Source: a virus
Virus record (IMG/VR): IMGVR_UViG_3300033047_000016
Strand: one strand, 5' to 3'
DNA: 64,000 nucleotides
Part shown: piece after piece, positions 38,515-48,917 of the stretch
Numbering within the stretch: the first letter of the stretch is position 1
Layout: the number at the start of each line of letters is the position of its first letter
Position numbers and translations under genes: made by a program
Notes under the pieces: generated by a model
What the model was told of the DNA's origin: nothing
The model's database searches: none
Seen by the model: the letters and a program-made list of their open reading frames with translations, nothing else

Positions 38515-41500
38515 TCAACCGTTATCGGTTAGGGCGCGTTGTCCTGTAGTTGCGGCTTCCGACGCGAGTTGCTTTTGAGACCTACGGAAACTATCAGCAT
38601 CTGGTGTACTTATGTTGAAGTTTTGTACCAATGTCTTGCTACTACCTCTACCACCATTTTCGCCCATGTCAACAGGAATTCGACGTCCTCCGGTCAGTGG
38701 TACAACTGCTTCGTTGTTGTGTAGGATGGCAGGGATGCCCCCTGATGTGTTTCCGGTGCCTGCGGCGAAGCTTGGGGCCTGACGGAATCTAGCCGCCGGA
38801 GCCATTACACTCGGGATAGATGGCCCTCCACCGCCTGTGACACCACCACCAGAACCAAACAAAGCACCAATAACAGAAACAACGATGCCAGCAATACCAC
38901 CACCACCACCACCACCACCTCCTCCTCCTCCTCCTCCTCCTCCAAGAATTGCTGCCCCAGTAGCTGCCCCAGCAACCACACCACCGCCAAGAATAGGTGC
39001 ACTTGTAGCCGCCGCAGTAGTCATTGCCGCTGTTGTTGTAACCCCGTTTACTGTGCCTCCGGTAATTACAGACGTCTGCATAGTCGCACCGGCAACCGTT
39101 CCGCCTGTGGCTACAGACGTTTGCATAGCCGTACCAGCTTGTGCTCCACCTTGGGTAACGGACGTCCGCAATTGTTGTCCGGCTTGGATGATAGCGGCGC
39201 GCATAGATTCCGCCGCCTGTGTTCCGCCAGTGGCAATTGCTTGCTGCATTTGCAACCCGTCTGGACCGGCGAATGGGTCTGCCACATCCCCCGGTGACTC
39301 CCCACCGCCAACAAGATCAGATAGTAACCCACCGAGGCCAAATCCACCTTCACCACTTCCACTTGTATTTCCACCAAGTAAAGTTGCGAGTTCTTTTACG
39401 GCCTTATCAGCGATAATGTCTGCGACAATGCCTAGAATGGATTCTCCCAAAGCTTCGAAACTGAACTCGCCAGTCTTAATGAAATTTGAAATGGTGTCAC
39501 TAAGGCTTTCGAATACACCGACTTCGATCTGCTGACCAGCTTCGCGCCAAGACGGTACACTGTTCATGAAGTCATTAACCGGGTCATTGGCCAATTCTTT
39601 TAGTTTCTTGTTAAGGAGTTCTGCCGCTTCTATTTGCTGGATGAACGCCATAGTTTGTTCGTCTGTTAGGTTGGCCCCATTCATTTGGGCTTCAGCAAGT
39701 AGCCCAGCCGCAGTAGCTGACGAAGTCATGCCTGAAGACAGCATTGCCAATGCTGCATTTTCAGTGTCCAAGGCTGTAATACTTTCTCCGAGTGCCTCCG
39801 TTAGCTTCTTTATGGCGTCAACGTTTTGCTTACCGCCACCACCGCCGCCGCCTTTATTACTCTCTTTAAGCTTATCTCTTGCTGCAATAAGCGCCGCTTG
39901 CTCAGTTTGAAATGATCCAAGCTTGCCTTTCAGAGCGTCTAACTGTGAGTTCAACTCTACTCTACCGGGTCCAGTTGTGGTAGACAGTTTAGATTCCAGA
40001 TCAGTTATCTGCGCATTAGTTTTAGCAACAAGCTTTCCGCCCTCACCATAGGTTGCAAAATACTCGGCGACGGCCCGTGTTGATCCCGACAGTCCCTCAA
40101 TACGCAAACGTTCTTTGGATTCGGCTATTGCACTCCCGAGTGTTGCACTAATACTAAACGAGGTACTTGCCAGTGTGGCAAACGCTTGGGCCATGGTGAG
40201 GACACCGTTGGCTCCCTGTGCCGCCGCATTCCCCGCATTAATAGCACTAGCCGCGAATGCTGCTTGGGCCGCTGCTGCTGCCCGTGCCGCCGTCTCATCA
40301 TTTTCAAATTCTCTTGCGGCATCAATCAGATTTTGGATCAATTCTTCGGCAACCGCATTCTTAGAAGCGTCACGCATTTTTTCCAGAGTGTTAATGTAGT
40401 CAGCCGCAGATAAGCTTGCGACCTGCCCTGTACGAATCGCTGCTCGCAACTCTGAATCGAATTGTGTTATTTCAGATGTGGGAAACTCCGTTCCAAGCTC
40501 TCCAAGGATGGCGCTTAGATTTGAATACGACTGTTGCCCTTCAGGCAAAGCCTCAAACTGTTCAATCATTGCCGCAGCAAATTCCTGTGCTTCCTCGCTT
40601 GGGAAGTCCAGACTTTTTATTGCCGATTTAAGGCGATCCACGCCTACACCAAAATCTTCAAATTTAGAGAATTCGGCATTAAGAACTTTTAGTGAAGGTA
40701 CTAGAGAATCTGAAATACTGGTGCCACTTATAGCAGACACTATGCCATTTATATCACCCAACCCACTTAACGTTTCTTTCACTTGCGTGGCAAATCCAAC
40801 CCCGGATTGTCCGGCAGCTTCGTCTGCGGCAATCGTAGCGGCTCTGAGTTCTTCCAACTTGACAATTGAATCATCAAATATATCCAGAACTCTTGCTCTG
40901 AAAGATGCAGTGCTGGTACCTGAATCGAATGCTGCTTGGACTTCTTCGAACACTTTTCTAAGCGCCGGAGCAGCGGACTCCGACTCTCTAGTCAGTCTCC
41001 CCAATTCTTTCTCTAGGTCTTCTAAACCTCTGCCGCTGCTAACCACGCCTCTAGCCATATCAGCAAAAGTTTTAACCAGACGATCATCGGAAGTACCGTA
41101 AAGTTCTACCAACTTTTCTCTGGTGGCGACAGTGGCCAGTTCTGCAAGAGCCAGTTCTTCAGTCAACCCGGCTAGATTTGCCAGAGCGCCAGCAGCCGTT
41201 GGATTAGTAGTCATGGCCTTACTGATATCATCGCGCAGTTTCAAGAATCCTCCCCCAGTCTTCAGGGCTTCTTGAGACATTTCCACCATGCGTATAATGA
41301 CAGAACGCGTATTGTTACTAAACTGGTCCATCGTAATGGTGGCGTCACCAAATACCGCTTTAAGGCCAGCAATTCTGCTCATAGCAGTCTTCATTGTTGT
41401 CCCAGAGATAACTTCAACAGCAGATTTACCACTTAGAATGGTCAACGCATCCCCAAGTGCTGCAATTTCAGTGGAACTGTCTCTGGTAAAAGTCTCTAAC

Positions 41501-44079
41501 GACTTTCCAAGAGTATCCAAATCTCCAAACATTCTGGCAAGTTCTATACTGCTGGACGCTCGCGCGGCAGCTAGACCCATATTATCGAATGATACTCCTG
41601 CACGTCGAACAGCCGCATCAATCTCGTCAGCCATTTTGCTGGATTTATCTCCGATATCACCAAATAGTGTTGGGATAAGAAGAAGGGCCGTTATTGCGAT
41701 ACCTATAGGTCCAGCAAGAAGTCCCATAGCACGGGAAACTCCGGTCATGGCTAACGACAATCTACCTGCCGCTGCCCCTGTCGCCGCCATAGCTCCAGCA
41801 TGCTTAGCCATAGCAATCGGCGCTACACCGAACACTCCATTAGAACGAAGTTGTGAAGCAATCTGTAAGTCTGTGGCAATGGTTAGTTTGGCGGTGGACT
41901 TCGTAAGAATAGTCTCTGCAACTACCACTTCACCCATCGCAATTGTCTGCGCTGTTGCTGCCGCCGTAGTTCCGGTCATGCCGCCAACAAGAACACTGAA
42001 TCCGAGCGCGGCACGCGCACCACTGGTAACTATTGCGTTACCCATCAATAGTATTTGGCGAACAACAATGCCTCCAACCACAGCTTTAACAACGTTTCCA
42101 ATTTGTTCAATATTTTTAACAAACGATACGGCAAAACTAAAGGCTATGCTGGCCAAGTCAGATAATCCTGCACCTAGCTGCTGCATTGAGCGTTTAGCGT
42201 CCGGGCTACGAAGTGCCGTCGTAAGCTCATTCAATCCCTCAGCAACCTGTTCCATAAATCCAGATTGCGACACGGCTTGCAATGACAATTCTATCTCAGA
42301 ACGGAACCGACCAAGAGCCGCTGGAGCTTTTTTAAGTGCTTGCTCTAGTCCCGGTCCAAATGCCTTACGCACTTCGACGGCAAACTTCGGAAGCACTTCA
42401 GACGAAATAAGCGTACCAGCCTTAAGCATTTTTTGAAGTTCTTGGGTCGTTACACCGACCGCACGTGCCATCAGGTTAACGGCACCCGGAAGTCTTTCAC
42501 CAAGCTGTCTACGAAGTTCTTCAGAACTGATCGTGTTCTTGCTAAGCATTTGTTCCAAAGCGAGAAAAGACAGTTTCTGGTCTTCAGCGCCACGGCCCAT
42601 AACGGTAAGTGCTTCAGACACTGACGAGAAAATATCTTGAGCCACAGAAGCTTCAACTCCTGCCAGCGATGCAGACACAGCAAACTTGCTGAAGTCGTCC
42701 CGTGCGCCACGAAGGCTGATACCCAAATTCTGAGCCATGCCGTCCACAAAGTCCATCTGCTGTACGGCACCTCTCATGGAACCGGTAGCAACACCCATTG
42801 CAACTTCAAATTGTTGCAGGCCCGCTCCGGCGGCGAATACAGATTTAATGAACGTCCCGAAAGTCATTGTCCCGAGAAGTGTTCTGAATGCTGATCCGGC
42901 TTGGAACGTCGCGCTAAACGCATTCTCAAGTCCGCGCATGGACCCGGTAGCATTTCGCATGGACTTGGACGCAGCATTTGCTGCACCGGCAATAGAACGC
43001 ATTTCACGTTCCACAAGACGCGCATTATTGGCGGCGTCCCTCTCGCCCAAGGCCAAAGTCTTAGCCGAGCGCGCCGCTTTCATCTGTGCCCCGTCGGCTT
43101 GGATTAGGCTGGTCTTCGCACGACTCGCTGCTTCAGCGAATTGCGACATGGCTTGACGTAATTGGAGTGTAGTAGCAACACCACCAGCCGCACTCGCCCG
43201 CAATTGGATTAGTGCTTGAGTAACTGCCATCACTCCGCGCGTATCACCGATGGCGCGCAGACGATTGGTCAGGCGTGCCGTTTCTTGCTCCGCCTGTCTA
43301 ATAGCTTGTGACGCAGATAGTTGGACACTTGCTTGCTTTTGTGTTGTTGCTGTTTGGGCTTTTGTAGCCGCTGCTGCTGCCTTTGCCGACGATGTTATCG
43401 CCCGGTTAGCTGCATCTTTCTGGCGCGTAGCCGCTGCCGACTCTCTCTCCGCTCTAGCGTTGTCACTAGCCTTTGCCGTTAGCGTTACCAAAGAAGTCTG
43501 AACACCTTTAATGGTGCTATTCAGTTTGGTCTTGGCATTATCGAATTGTTGTGTAGTTACTACCGCGCCGCCAATCTCTTTCTTGAACCGACCGAAAGCC
43601 ATCCCCAATTCGTTGATTGATTGGAACCCACTTACCTTCATCAGTGACGTTGTCAGACGTTCGACTGATAGACGTGTATCATCGACTGCACGCTTGATCC
43701 GGTTCTGGCTGGTGACCTGCTCGTCCCCGCCTCGTGCACGGCCTGCTACAGCCGGTGTAGCCCCTGCGGTGGGGGTCAGGGCACCACGGGCTTGCTTAGC
43801 CAACGAGACCTGCCGTGCAAGCGCCGCGTTGGCCTTTCCAATAGATGTTGCGAACTTGTTGTTGGCTGCGCGTGCTGTATTATACGCCTCTGCCAACCCC
43901 CGCACACCGATACCAAGCTTTTTGGAGTTATCGCGTATGCGTGTGAATGCCCCATCGCTGTCCCGATCAAGTGACTTTACCGCATTCTTTATTGCGTTAA
44001 GCGCACCAATGAACTCACGGCTACCTGCACGTGCAGCAGCCGCGTTGATTTTCAACCGTAGTTCATGTGTTTCAGCCAT
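38515..44079 (-). CDS. Tape measure protein
   Basis: 1854 aa, Ala-rich helical; ALEQMLSK...SEELRRQLGERLPGA; AILHNNEAVVP. Confidence 0.95.
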   Translation of the reverse strand: MAETHELRLKINAAAARAGSREFIGALNAIKNAVKSLDRDSDGAFTRIRDNSKKLGIGVRGLAEAYNTARAANNKFATSIGKANAALARQVSLAKQARGALTPTAGATPAVAGRARGGDEQVTSQNRIKRAVDDTRLSVERLTTSLMKVSGFQSINELGMAFGRFKKEIGGAVVTTQQFDNAKTKLNSTIKGVQTSLVTLTAKASDNARAERESAAATRQKDAANRAITSSAKAAAAATKAQTATTQKQASVQLSASQAIRQAEQETARLTNRLRAIGDTRGVMAVTQALIQLRASAAGGVATTLQLRQAMSQFAEAASRAKTSLIQADGAQMKAARSAKTLALGERDAANNARLVEREMRSIAGAANAASKSMRNATGSMRGLENAFSATFQAGSAFRTLLGTMTFGTFIKSVFAAGAGLQQFEVAMGVATGSMRGAVQQMDFVDGMAQNLGISLRGARDDFSKFAVSASLAGVEASVAQDIFSSVSEALTVMGRGAEDQKLSFLALEQMLSKNTISSEELRRQLGERLPGAVNLMARAVGVTTQELQKMLKAGTLISSEVLPKFAVEVRKAFGPGLEQALKKAPAALGRFRSEIELSLQAVSQSGFMEQVAEGLNELTTALRSPDAKRSMQQLGAGLSDLASIAFSFAVSFVKNIEQIGNVVKAVVGGIVVRQILLMGNAIVTSGARAALGFSVLVGGMTGTTAAATAQTIAMGEVVVAETILTKSTAKLTIATDLQIASQLRSNGVFGVAPIAMAKHAGAMAATGAAAGRLSLAMTGVSRAMGLLAGPIGIAITALLLIPTLFGDIGDKSSKMADEIDAAVRRAGVSFDNMGLAAARASSSIELARMFGDLDTLGKSLETFTRDSSTEIAALGDALTILSGKSAVEVISGTTMKTAMSRIAGLKAVFGDATITMDQFSNNTRSVIIRMVEMSQEALKTGGGFLKLRDDISKAMTTNPTAAGALANLAGLTEELALAELATVATREKLVELYGTSDDRLVKTFADMARGVVSSGRGLEDLEKELGRLTRESESAAPALRKVFEEVQAAFDSGTSTASFRARVLDIFDDSIVKLEELRAATIAADEAAGQSGVGFATQVKETLSGLGDINGIVSAISGTSISDSLVPSLKVLNAEFSKFEDFGVGVDRLKSAIKSLDFPSEEAQEFAAAMIEQFEALPEGQQSYSNLSAILGELGTEFPTSEITQFDSELRAAIRTGQVASLSAADYINTLEKMRDASKNAVAEELIQNLIDAAREFENDETAARAAAAAQAAFAASAINAGNAAAQGANGVLTMAQAFATLASTSFSISATLGSAIAESKERLRIEGLSGSTRAVAEYFATYGEGGKLVAKTNAQITDLESKLSTTTGPGRVELNSQLDALKGKLGSFQTEQAALIAARDKLKESNKGGGGGGGKQNVDAIKKLTEALGESITALDTENAALAMLSSGMTSSATAAGLLAEAQMNGANLTDEQTMAFIQQIEAAELLNKKLKELANDPVNDFMNSVPSWREAGQQIEVGVFESLSDTISNFIKTGEFSFEALGESILGIVADIIADKAVKELATLLGGNTSGSGEGGFGLGGLLSDLVGGGESPGDVADPFAGPDGLQMQQAIATGGTQAAESMRAAIIQAGQQLRTSVTQGGAQAGTAMQTSVATGGTVAGATMQTSVITGGTVNGVTTTAAMTTAAATSAPILGGGVVAGAATGAAILGGGGGGGGGGGGGGGGIAGIVVSVIGALFGSGGGVTGGGGPSIPSVMAPAARFRQAPSFAAGTGNTSGGIPAILHNNEAVVPLTGGRRIPVDMGENGGRGSSKTLVQNFNISTPDADSFRRSQKQLASEAATTGQRALTDNG
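38896..38943 (-). repeat. (GGA)8(GGT)8 microsatellite encoding 16 Gly
   Basis: Read directly in the tape measure 3' region. Confidence 0.9.
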
Positions 44080-44081
44080 AG

Positions 44082-44552
44082 TTACCGCCTATTTAGGCCA
44101 CGCTTTTTTTGGGGCCTTTCAGCTTTTCTGCGTGTCTTTTCCATTTCCTTGGCCTGCTTATCATAGAAGTCTCGCAGATATTCGCGGTCAAGGGCCGGTA
44201 TGAATCGCAGTAGTTGATCTACATACACACGCTCACGTCTATTGGTCAGCGTCGTAAAATGACTCATCGCTTCTACTGTTATTGCTGATGGTCCATTAGC
44301 TCCAACTCCCCGCCTTTCTGACAGGAAGCAAAATGCGGACCATATCCATAACATATCGGGGAAAATTGTGGGGACGGGTTCCTGCGGTCGCGGAGGGGTT
44401 TTATTTGCCTTAGCTTTCGCTTCGCGCATTTCACGCATCTTGCGAAGCTTTGGGCTATCCTCTTTGGCCAGATTGGATACGAAATCATCCATACTGGCTT
44501 TCTGCGGTGTCGCGTTACGAAGACTCCACCGCAGGAACCTTAAGAGTTTCCC
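44082..44552 (-). CDS. Tail assembly chaperone GT extension (-1 frame)
   Basis: -1 frame is open from the slippery site (KLLRFLRWSLRNATPQKASMDDF...) into the 136-aa ORF. Confidence 0.8.
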   Translation of the reverse strand, partial: GKLLRFLRWSLRNATPQKASMDDFVSNLAKEDSPKLRKMREMREAKAKANKTPPRPQEPVPTIFPDMLWIWSAFCFLSERRGVGANGPSAITVEAMSHFTTLTNRRERVYVDQLLRFIPALDREYLRDFYDKQAKEMEKTRRKAERPQKKRGLNRR

Positions 44553-44986
44553 TCTGCGTCCTTGTCTGCTTTTTCGCGGAAAGTGTCGCGCTCGTTCGCA
44601 GCTTGATATACAAATTCACGGAAGTCTTTGATATCCATCATTTGCAGGGCAGCTTGGACAGAGTAAGGAATCTCTTTACCGGTTTCGGTATCACGTACGC
44701 CGACCCAATCAATCATTACCGCTTCTGCAAGCTGACGCTTGAGGATATCCATTGACTGTTCGTCGTTCATTTCACCCGGCTTGCGGAGTAGTCCCTCGCC
44801 GTATGTCTCGCGGACAATACGCTCGAAAGCTTTGATCACTGTATCGGAACGCAGGCGACGAATTTTCACCTTCAATCCTAGCAGGTCATTTACCACAACC
44901 CACGCGCCCGCCTCTTCAAGGCTCTCGTCGGTTTGGAAAATTGCGTGAATGTTTGTTTTTAGTACTTTGTCGGTAGTTTTAGACAT
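44540..44986 (-). CDS. Tail assembly chaperone G
   Basis: Between tail tube and tape measure; starts MSKTTDK; ends EGNS. Confidence 0.82.
   Translation of the reverse strand: MSKTTDKVLKTNIHAIFQTDESLEEAGAWVVVNDLLGLKVKIRRLRSDTVIKAFERIVRETYGEGLLRKPGEMNDEQSMDILKRQLAEAVMIDWVGVRDTETGKEIPYSVQAALQMMDIKDFREFVYQAANERDTFREKADKDAEGNS
44546..44552 (-). promoter_or_regulatory. Programmed -1 frameshift site G GGA AAC
   Basis: X XXY YYZ in correct phase; downstream CTGCGGTG...CACCGCAG stem. Confidence 0.85.
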
Positions 44987-45085
44987 TTTAGCCTCATCGG
45001 GAAAATAGGTGGGAACGGATTGGCCCCGACAACCAAGCGCCGTCCCCTTGCCATGGCAATCTCGGAAATCCAAGATGTCGGGTAT

Positions 45086-45112
45086 TTATAAGGGCCGCGT
45101 TAGCGGCCCTTA
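45086..45112 (-). terminator. Hairpin/terminator after tail tube gene
   Basis: TAAGGGCCGC-TAAC-GCGGCCCTTA; weak U-tract. Confidence 0.6.
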
Positions 45113-45122
45113 CGTGTTTCTA

Positions 45123-46910
45123 TTAAACCGCAGCGTTCGGAGAGAAGCGGTCAATCTGGAACATTGTGTCCGTGGTAGGATCGCGGAACGCTGTGAATTC
45201 GATGTTCTCGAATACGTCCTGATCAATGCCACCCGGAGCAATCTCATCTTGAGAAATCTTCAGGGCAGGGATCGTGAAGAAGTACGCCTGACCTTCGGAG
45301 TCTGTGATGGAGAATTCCAGCGAAATAGTGTCGTGGTTGATAAAGTCTGTGAACAGTTCTTCATCTTCGAAATACACAGTCATGGAGCCTGTCAGGTTGA
45401 ACCGTCCAGTACCAATGCCGCGTGGGAACTTCGAGCCAACACAGTTCTGCATGCGCAGTCCAGCTTCGCCCGTAAGGGAGATAGACTGGATACATGCGAG
45501 AAGCGGGGAGCCGTCCTTGACAATATCGCCCACATCGGTTGTGGCGTTAACCACTTCACCCGGCTGCGAGTCCAATACGTCGTAAGCAACTCCACCAAGA
45601 ACAGTAGCTTGCACCAGTGATGTAGCGCGTCCTTCGAAGCCTACGGTACCAGTGACGATTGATCCGGTGGCAATCTCCAAAGAGAATGTTCCTGCAACCA
45701 TACCATCTTGTTCCATGTACTGTCCAACGTCTTGGAAGGCAGTTTCAATGGAGAAGAAGCGCTGTTGAATAGCAGTTTCATCACCTGAGTTCTTAAGATG
45801 GGAACCCTTGATATTGGTCACCGCACCTGCTGCAACAACCGGAGGTACTGGGTTGACGGTCAGAAGATCGTCTGCCAGTGCCGTGATCGTATAGATACCA
45901 GATGCACCTGCGACGCCGCCTGTAAAGGTAACCAGTGCAAGGTTGGCGTCAACGGTGTCAACAGTTATCGCACCACCAGTAGCATTCAGGTTGGTGATCG
46001 TGATAATGTCGGTTGCGGTAATGTGTGTTGCCTTGAGGTTTAGCGGGCTTAGCGTGCGCGAGCGCAGTGCATTGATCGCCGCAGTCAAAGCTGCAAGGTC
46101 CGTGTCTGCATCAACACCGATTGTATAGTCTGTGCCTGCCGTCAACTGGGCAGTATTCACGCCGTCGTCAAAGGTTAGCACGGACGTTGTCAGTGCGGCT
46201 GGATCAGTACCGGTCAAGGTTGCTGTTTCTAGCCCAAGGCCGTCTACATAAATCTTCTGGCCAAGTTGTAGTTGTCCGGCAGTAATTGCCGCAGCAAACG
46301 GGTTAGTCGCGTTGCCATCAATACCAGTTGCACCAAGAGAAATGTTGACGTCGTTGAAAACAATAACGTCGTTGGCATCAAACAGGCGAGACTGAATATT
46401 TCCAGCTTCAATGACAAGTGTGGACTCGTTCAGATTTACTTGCGTATCGGAACCATTCAACACAACCGACAAAATGGAAAAGTATCCGTTGTTTTCGGCG
46501 TTGGCAAATCCGGTAACCTTAACACGGCGACCTGCGATCAGATACTTGGTAATATCGGAGCCGGACACAGTGATTTGGCTGGTAGAAGTTACGGATACCG
46601 TAACGCCCTTCCAGTAATCCATGGTCATTGGACGTTCCCACTGCGAAAGCAGGAATGCGGCTAGGAATTCATCTTGTGGCCCCGAGGACCATTCGAAGTT
46701 AATGTCTCCACCCGAAGAGGCCGAAACCTCAACGATATCGGACACCATGCGATCAGCACGGAGTTCATCAGAAACAACGGTTTCCTTGTTCGCGGTCAGC
46801 GAAGAAGAAGTTAGGCGCACTTCGCGAGTCGTTCCAGAGGCAGGCGTAACTCCAAAGGAGCTTTCCTCAATGTAACGAATCTGTGCGCGGTTTGCGTCAG
46901 CAAAAGGCAA
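45123..46910 (-). CDS. Major tail tube protein
   Basis: YIEE..FGVTP...SDELRADR..; TGSMTVYF; TTG start with AAGGAG RBS. Confidence 0.85.
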   Translation of the reverse strand: MPFADANRAQIRYIEESSFGVTPASGTTREVRLTSSSLTANKETVVSDELRADRMVSDIVEVSASSGGDINFEWSSGPQDEFLAAFLLSQWERPMTMDYWKGVTVSVTSTSQITVSGSDITKYLIAGRRVKVTGFANAENNGYFSILSVVLNGSDTQVNLNESTLVIEAGNIQSRLFDANDVIVFNDVNISLGATGIDGNATNPFAAAITAGQLQLGQKIYVDGLGLETATLTGTDPAALTTSVLTFDDGVNTAQLTAGTDYTIGVDADTDLAALTAAINALRSRTLSPLNLKATHITATDIITITNLNATGGAITVDTVDANLALVTFTGGVAGASGIYTITALADDLLTVNPVPPVVAAGAVTNIKGSHLKNSGDETAIQQRFFSIETAFQDVGQYMEQDGMVAGTFSLEIATGSIVTGTVGFEGRATSLVQATVLGGVAYDVLDSQPGEVVNATTDVGDIVKDGSPLLACIQSISLTGEAGLRMQNCVGSKFPRGIGTGRFNLTGSMTVYFEDEELFTDFINHDTISLEFSITDSEGQAYFFTIPALKISQDEIAPGGIDQDVFENIEFTAFRDPTTDTMFQIDRFSPNAAV

Positions 46911-47017
46911 AGGACGGTCTCCTTAACTACAGAGGGTGGCACCGCCGCCCTGTTTTATCTCATGAGAGGGCGCACTAACGTGGCCCATGTACTGTGCACC
47001 CTAGCTAATTCTTGCCG

Positions 47018-47047
47018 AAATGTCAAGGTGTCGGCAAAAACGGGTCA
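47018..47047 (-). promoter_or_regulatory. Putative late promoter motif, copy 1
   Basis: TGACCCGTTTTT-N6-ACCTTGACATTT. Confidence 0.65.
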
Positions 47048-47078
47048 GGGTATTATAGAATCATTCTTGTGTCAATAC

Positions 47079-47504
47079 TCAAAGCAAAGAATCTTTAAAA
47101 TCGTATCTGTACGGACACCGCATTTGTTCTTTGTGCCTGCCTCGAACCTCACCTCGATCCTGAACAGATGGGTCTTTGAAGGTCACTGTTCCTTCGACGC
47201 CTACGGCGAGCACTTGCCGCTTGAAAATACGGCTTGCAAAATACGCGATTGCTTGCCCCTCGCCAGCGCCAGTGTCCTTTGGTGTATACACATCAACCTG
47301 AATTAAGCCCGGATTTCTTGATTTGGATTCAATTCCAAGATTAATTGGCAATACGTCTTCCGACGCCAATATACTGATCACAGCGTACTCAGCCACATCT
47401 TCGGGCACAGGCGAGTTGGAGAAATATATATTCATTGTCGGGTATTCAGCATTCATGAATGTCTGAAACCGCGATTCGACGAAACTGAAAAAATTAGGTG
47501 TCAT
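47079..47504 (-). CDS. Tail terminator protein
   Basis: Position; GLIQVDVYTPK.TG. Confidence 0.7.
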   Translation of the reverse strand: MTPNFFSFVESRFQTFMNAEYPTMNIYFSNSPVPEDVAEYAVISILASEDVLPINLGIESKSRNPGLIQVDVYTPKDTGAGEGQAIAYFASRIFKRQVLAVGVEGTVTFKDPSVQDRGEVRGRHKEQMRCPYRYDFKDSLL

Positions 47505-47980
47505 ATGGTATTGCTCTCCAAGAGCGTTATTAATTCCTGCAACGTGACGCCAAACATTCCTTGTGGCGAGCGCGGCGTGAAGGGTTCTTCTGGAAGCTCT
47601 CCGGCTTCAAGTCCCCCAATATGTGGCGCGTTATTCACAATCCAAAATGTGGTGAAAGGGTCTGCGTAGCTTACCGATCCAAGCGTAGCCATTGCTCTCG
47701 CCTCTGCGCCGCCGCGCAATCTCTCTGCCCCAAGTGCCAATTTATTTGTGGCTTCTATGGGATTCTTTCCTGTGGCGGCTCCACCTGAGAATGGTTTTCC
47801 TGCGGAAGCCACGTAACTCATTACAGCCTGTCCGGTATGCACTGGTGTGCGTCGTATCAAGCGAACCATTGCTGCGTTCATCAACATTTTCATTCTAGCG
47901 CGGAACTTCTTTTCAAACCGACGCTGGAATTGATCGAGACCGTTGTTGAATGTAACCGGATTCGACACAACTGAAAACAT
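47501..47980 (-). CDS. Neck/tail completion protein (HK97 gp10-like)
   Basis: RTPVHTG...IVNNAPHI..LE...SPQGM. Confidence 0.75.
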   Translation of the reverse strand: MFSVVSNPVTFNNGLDQFQRRFEKKFRARMKMLMNAAMVRLIRRTPVHTGQAVMSYVASAGKPFSGGAATGKNPIEATNKLALGAERLRGGAEARAMATLGSVSYADPFTTFWIVNNAPHIGGLEAGELPEEPFTPRSPQGMFGVTLQELITLLESNTI

Positions 47981-47982
47981 AA

Positions 47983-48360
47983 TTACTCCGTCTTACGCAC
48001 GTGAAGTATGTGTAGGCTACCGCCCGGTACTCCAAGCAAGCGCTTCACAATGTAATTATCGCCGCCCGCAGTTCTAATCGCGTCGTCAATTTTAGGTTCC
48101 ACTGGAAGATCAAGCGCCGCAATCAACGCTTTCATATCTGTTGTGACTACAACTGAATCATCCATTTCCTCTACTGTGAACCGTGCAAACGTCATAGGCA
48201 CGTCAGCGTGGTCAGTGCCGTTTGTGGTGTAGGTCCGCGTAGCGGTATTATACGTGCTGCTGGTATTGTCAACGAATGTTTGATTTGGTGCGAGACCGTC
48301 TACCTGTCCAAGAATTTTCATGACGTTCTGGACTTGCTCTTCAAGAAGGCTTTTAAACAT
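47983..48360 (-). CDS. Head closure protein
   Basis: Position and size; ends LHVR. Confidence 0.65.
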   Translation of the reverse strand: MFKSLLEEQVQNVMKILGQVDGLAPNQTFVDNTSSTYNTATRTYTTNGTDHADVPMTFARFTVEEMDDSVVVTTDMKALIAALDLPVEPKIDDAIRTAGGDNYIVKRLLGVPGGSLHILHVRKTE

Positions 48361-48908
48361 TACCGTATCACCCTTCCAACCCGGATGCGCCCAGTCACAA
48401 CAATCCCGAGTCCAGTGATCAGAAATCCAATATTTACTGGCATAAGGTCTGATCCAGTCTTAGAATCTGAGCTACCGTCTTCGAAGAATTCAATCTCGAC
48501 AACATCGGCCTTTACGCGCTTAATGCCTTCTGGCAAGTTGCTACTTTGTCCGCCAGACGCGGCTGCTGCACTACCAATCAAGAATATAGAAATCTCAGCT
48601 ACGGCTTGCTTCAACTGGTCTGGTATATCATTCTCGCCAATAAGAATGCTGTCCCGATCATATACGCCACAACGAGGCCAGCGGAGTCCGCTGGTCTCGA
48701 CTGTCTTATATCCGTTCCATTGAACGTAATCATCAATGTATCCAGATGCCCATACCAAGTACGTGTCTTTCTCTGTCGGCGTTAGCGCCGTCCATAGTGC
48801 ATACGAGGTGGGATTGACGCAAAGAATATCGTCCGCTTCAAGAGCGGTTAGATACGAATTGGCCGTGGTGATGCCGGTGCCGTCTTCGACAATTAATGTT
48901 ACAGCCAT
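48360..48908 (-). CDS. Head-tail adaptor
   Basis: IVEDGTG...ANSY...LRWPR...IP..LK.A. Confidence 0.75.
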   Translation of the reverse strand: MAVTLIVEDGTGITTANSYLTALEADDILCVNPTSYALWTALTPTEKDTYLVWASGYIDDYVQWNGYKTVETSGLRWPRCGVYDRDSILIGENDIPDQLKQAVAEISIFLIGSAAAASGGQSSNLPEGIKRVKADVVEIEFFEDGSSDSKTGSDLMPVNIGFLITGLGIVVTGRIRVGRVIR

Positions 48909-48917
48909 TTGGACTCC

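Noticed and set aside
38837-44203. Long + strand ORFs opposite the tape measure and other structural genes
   Set aside because: Antisense shadows of codon-biased genes; no RBS or motifs
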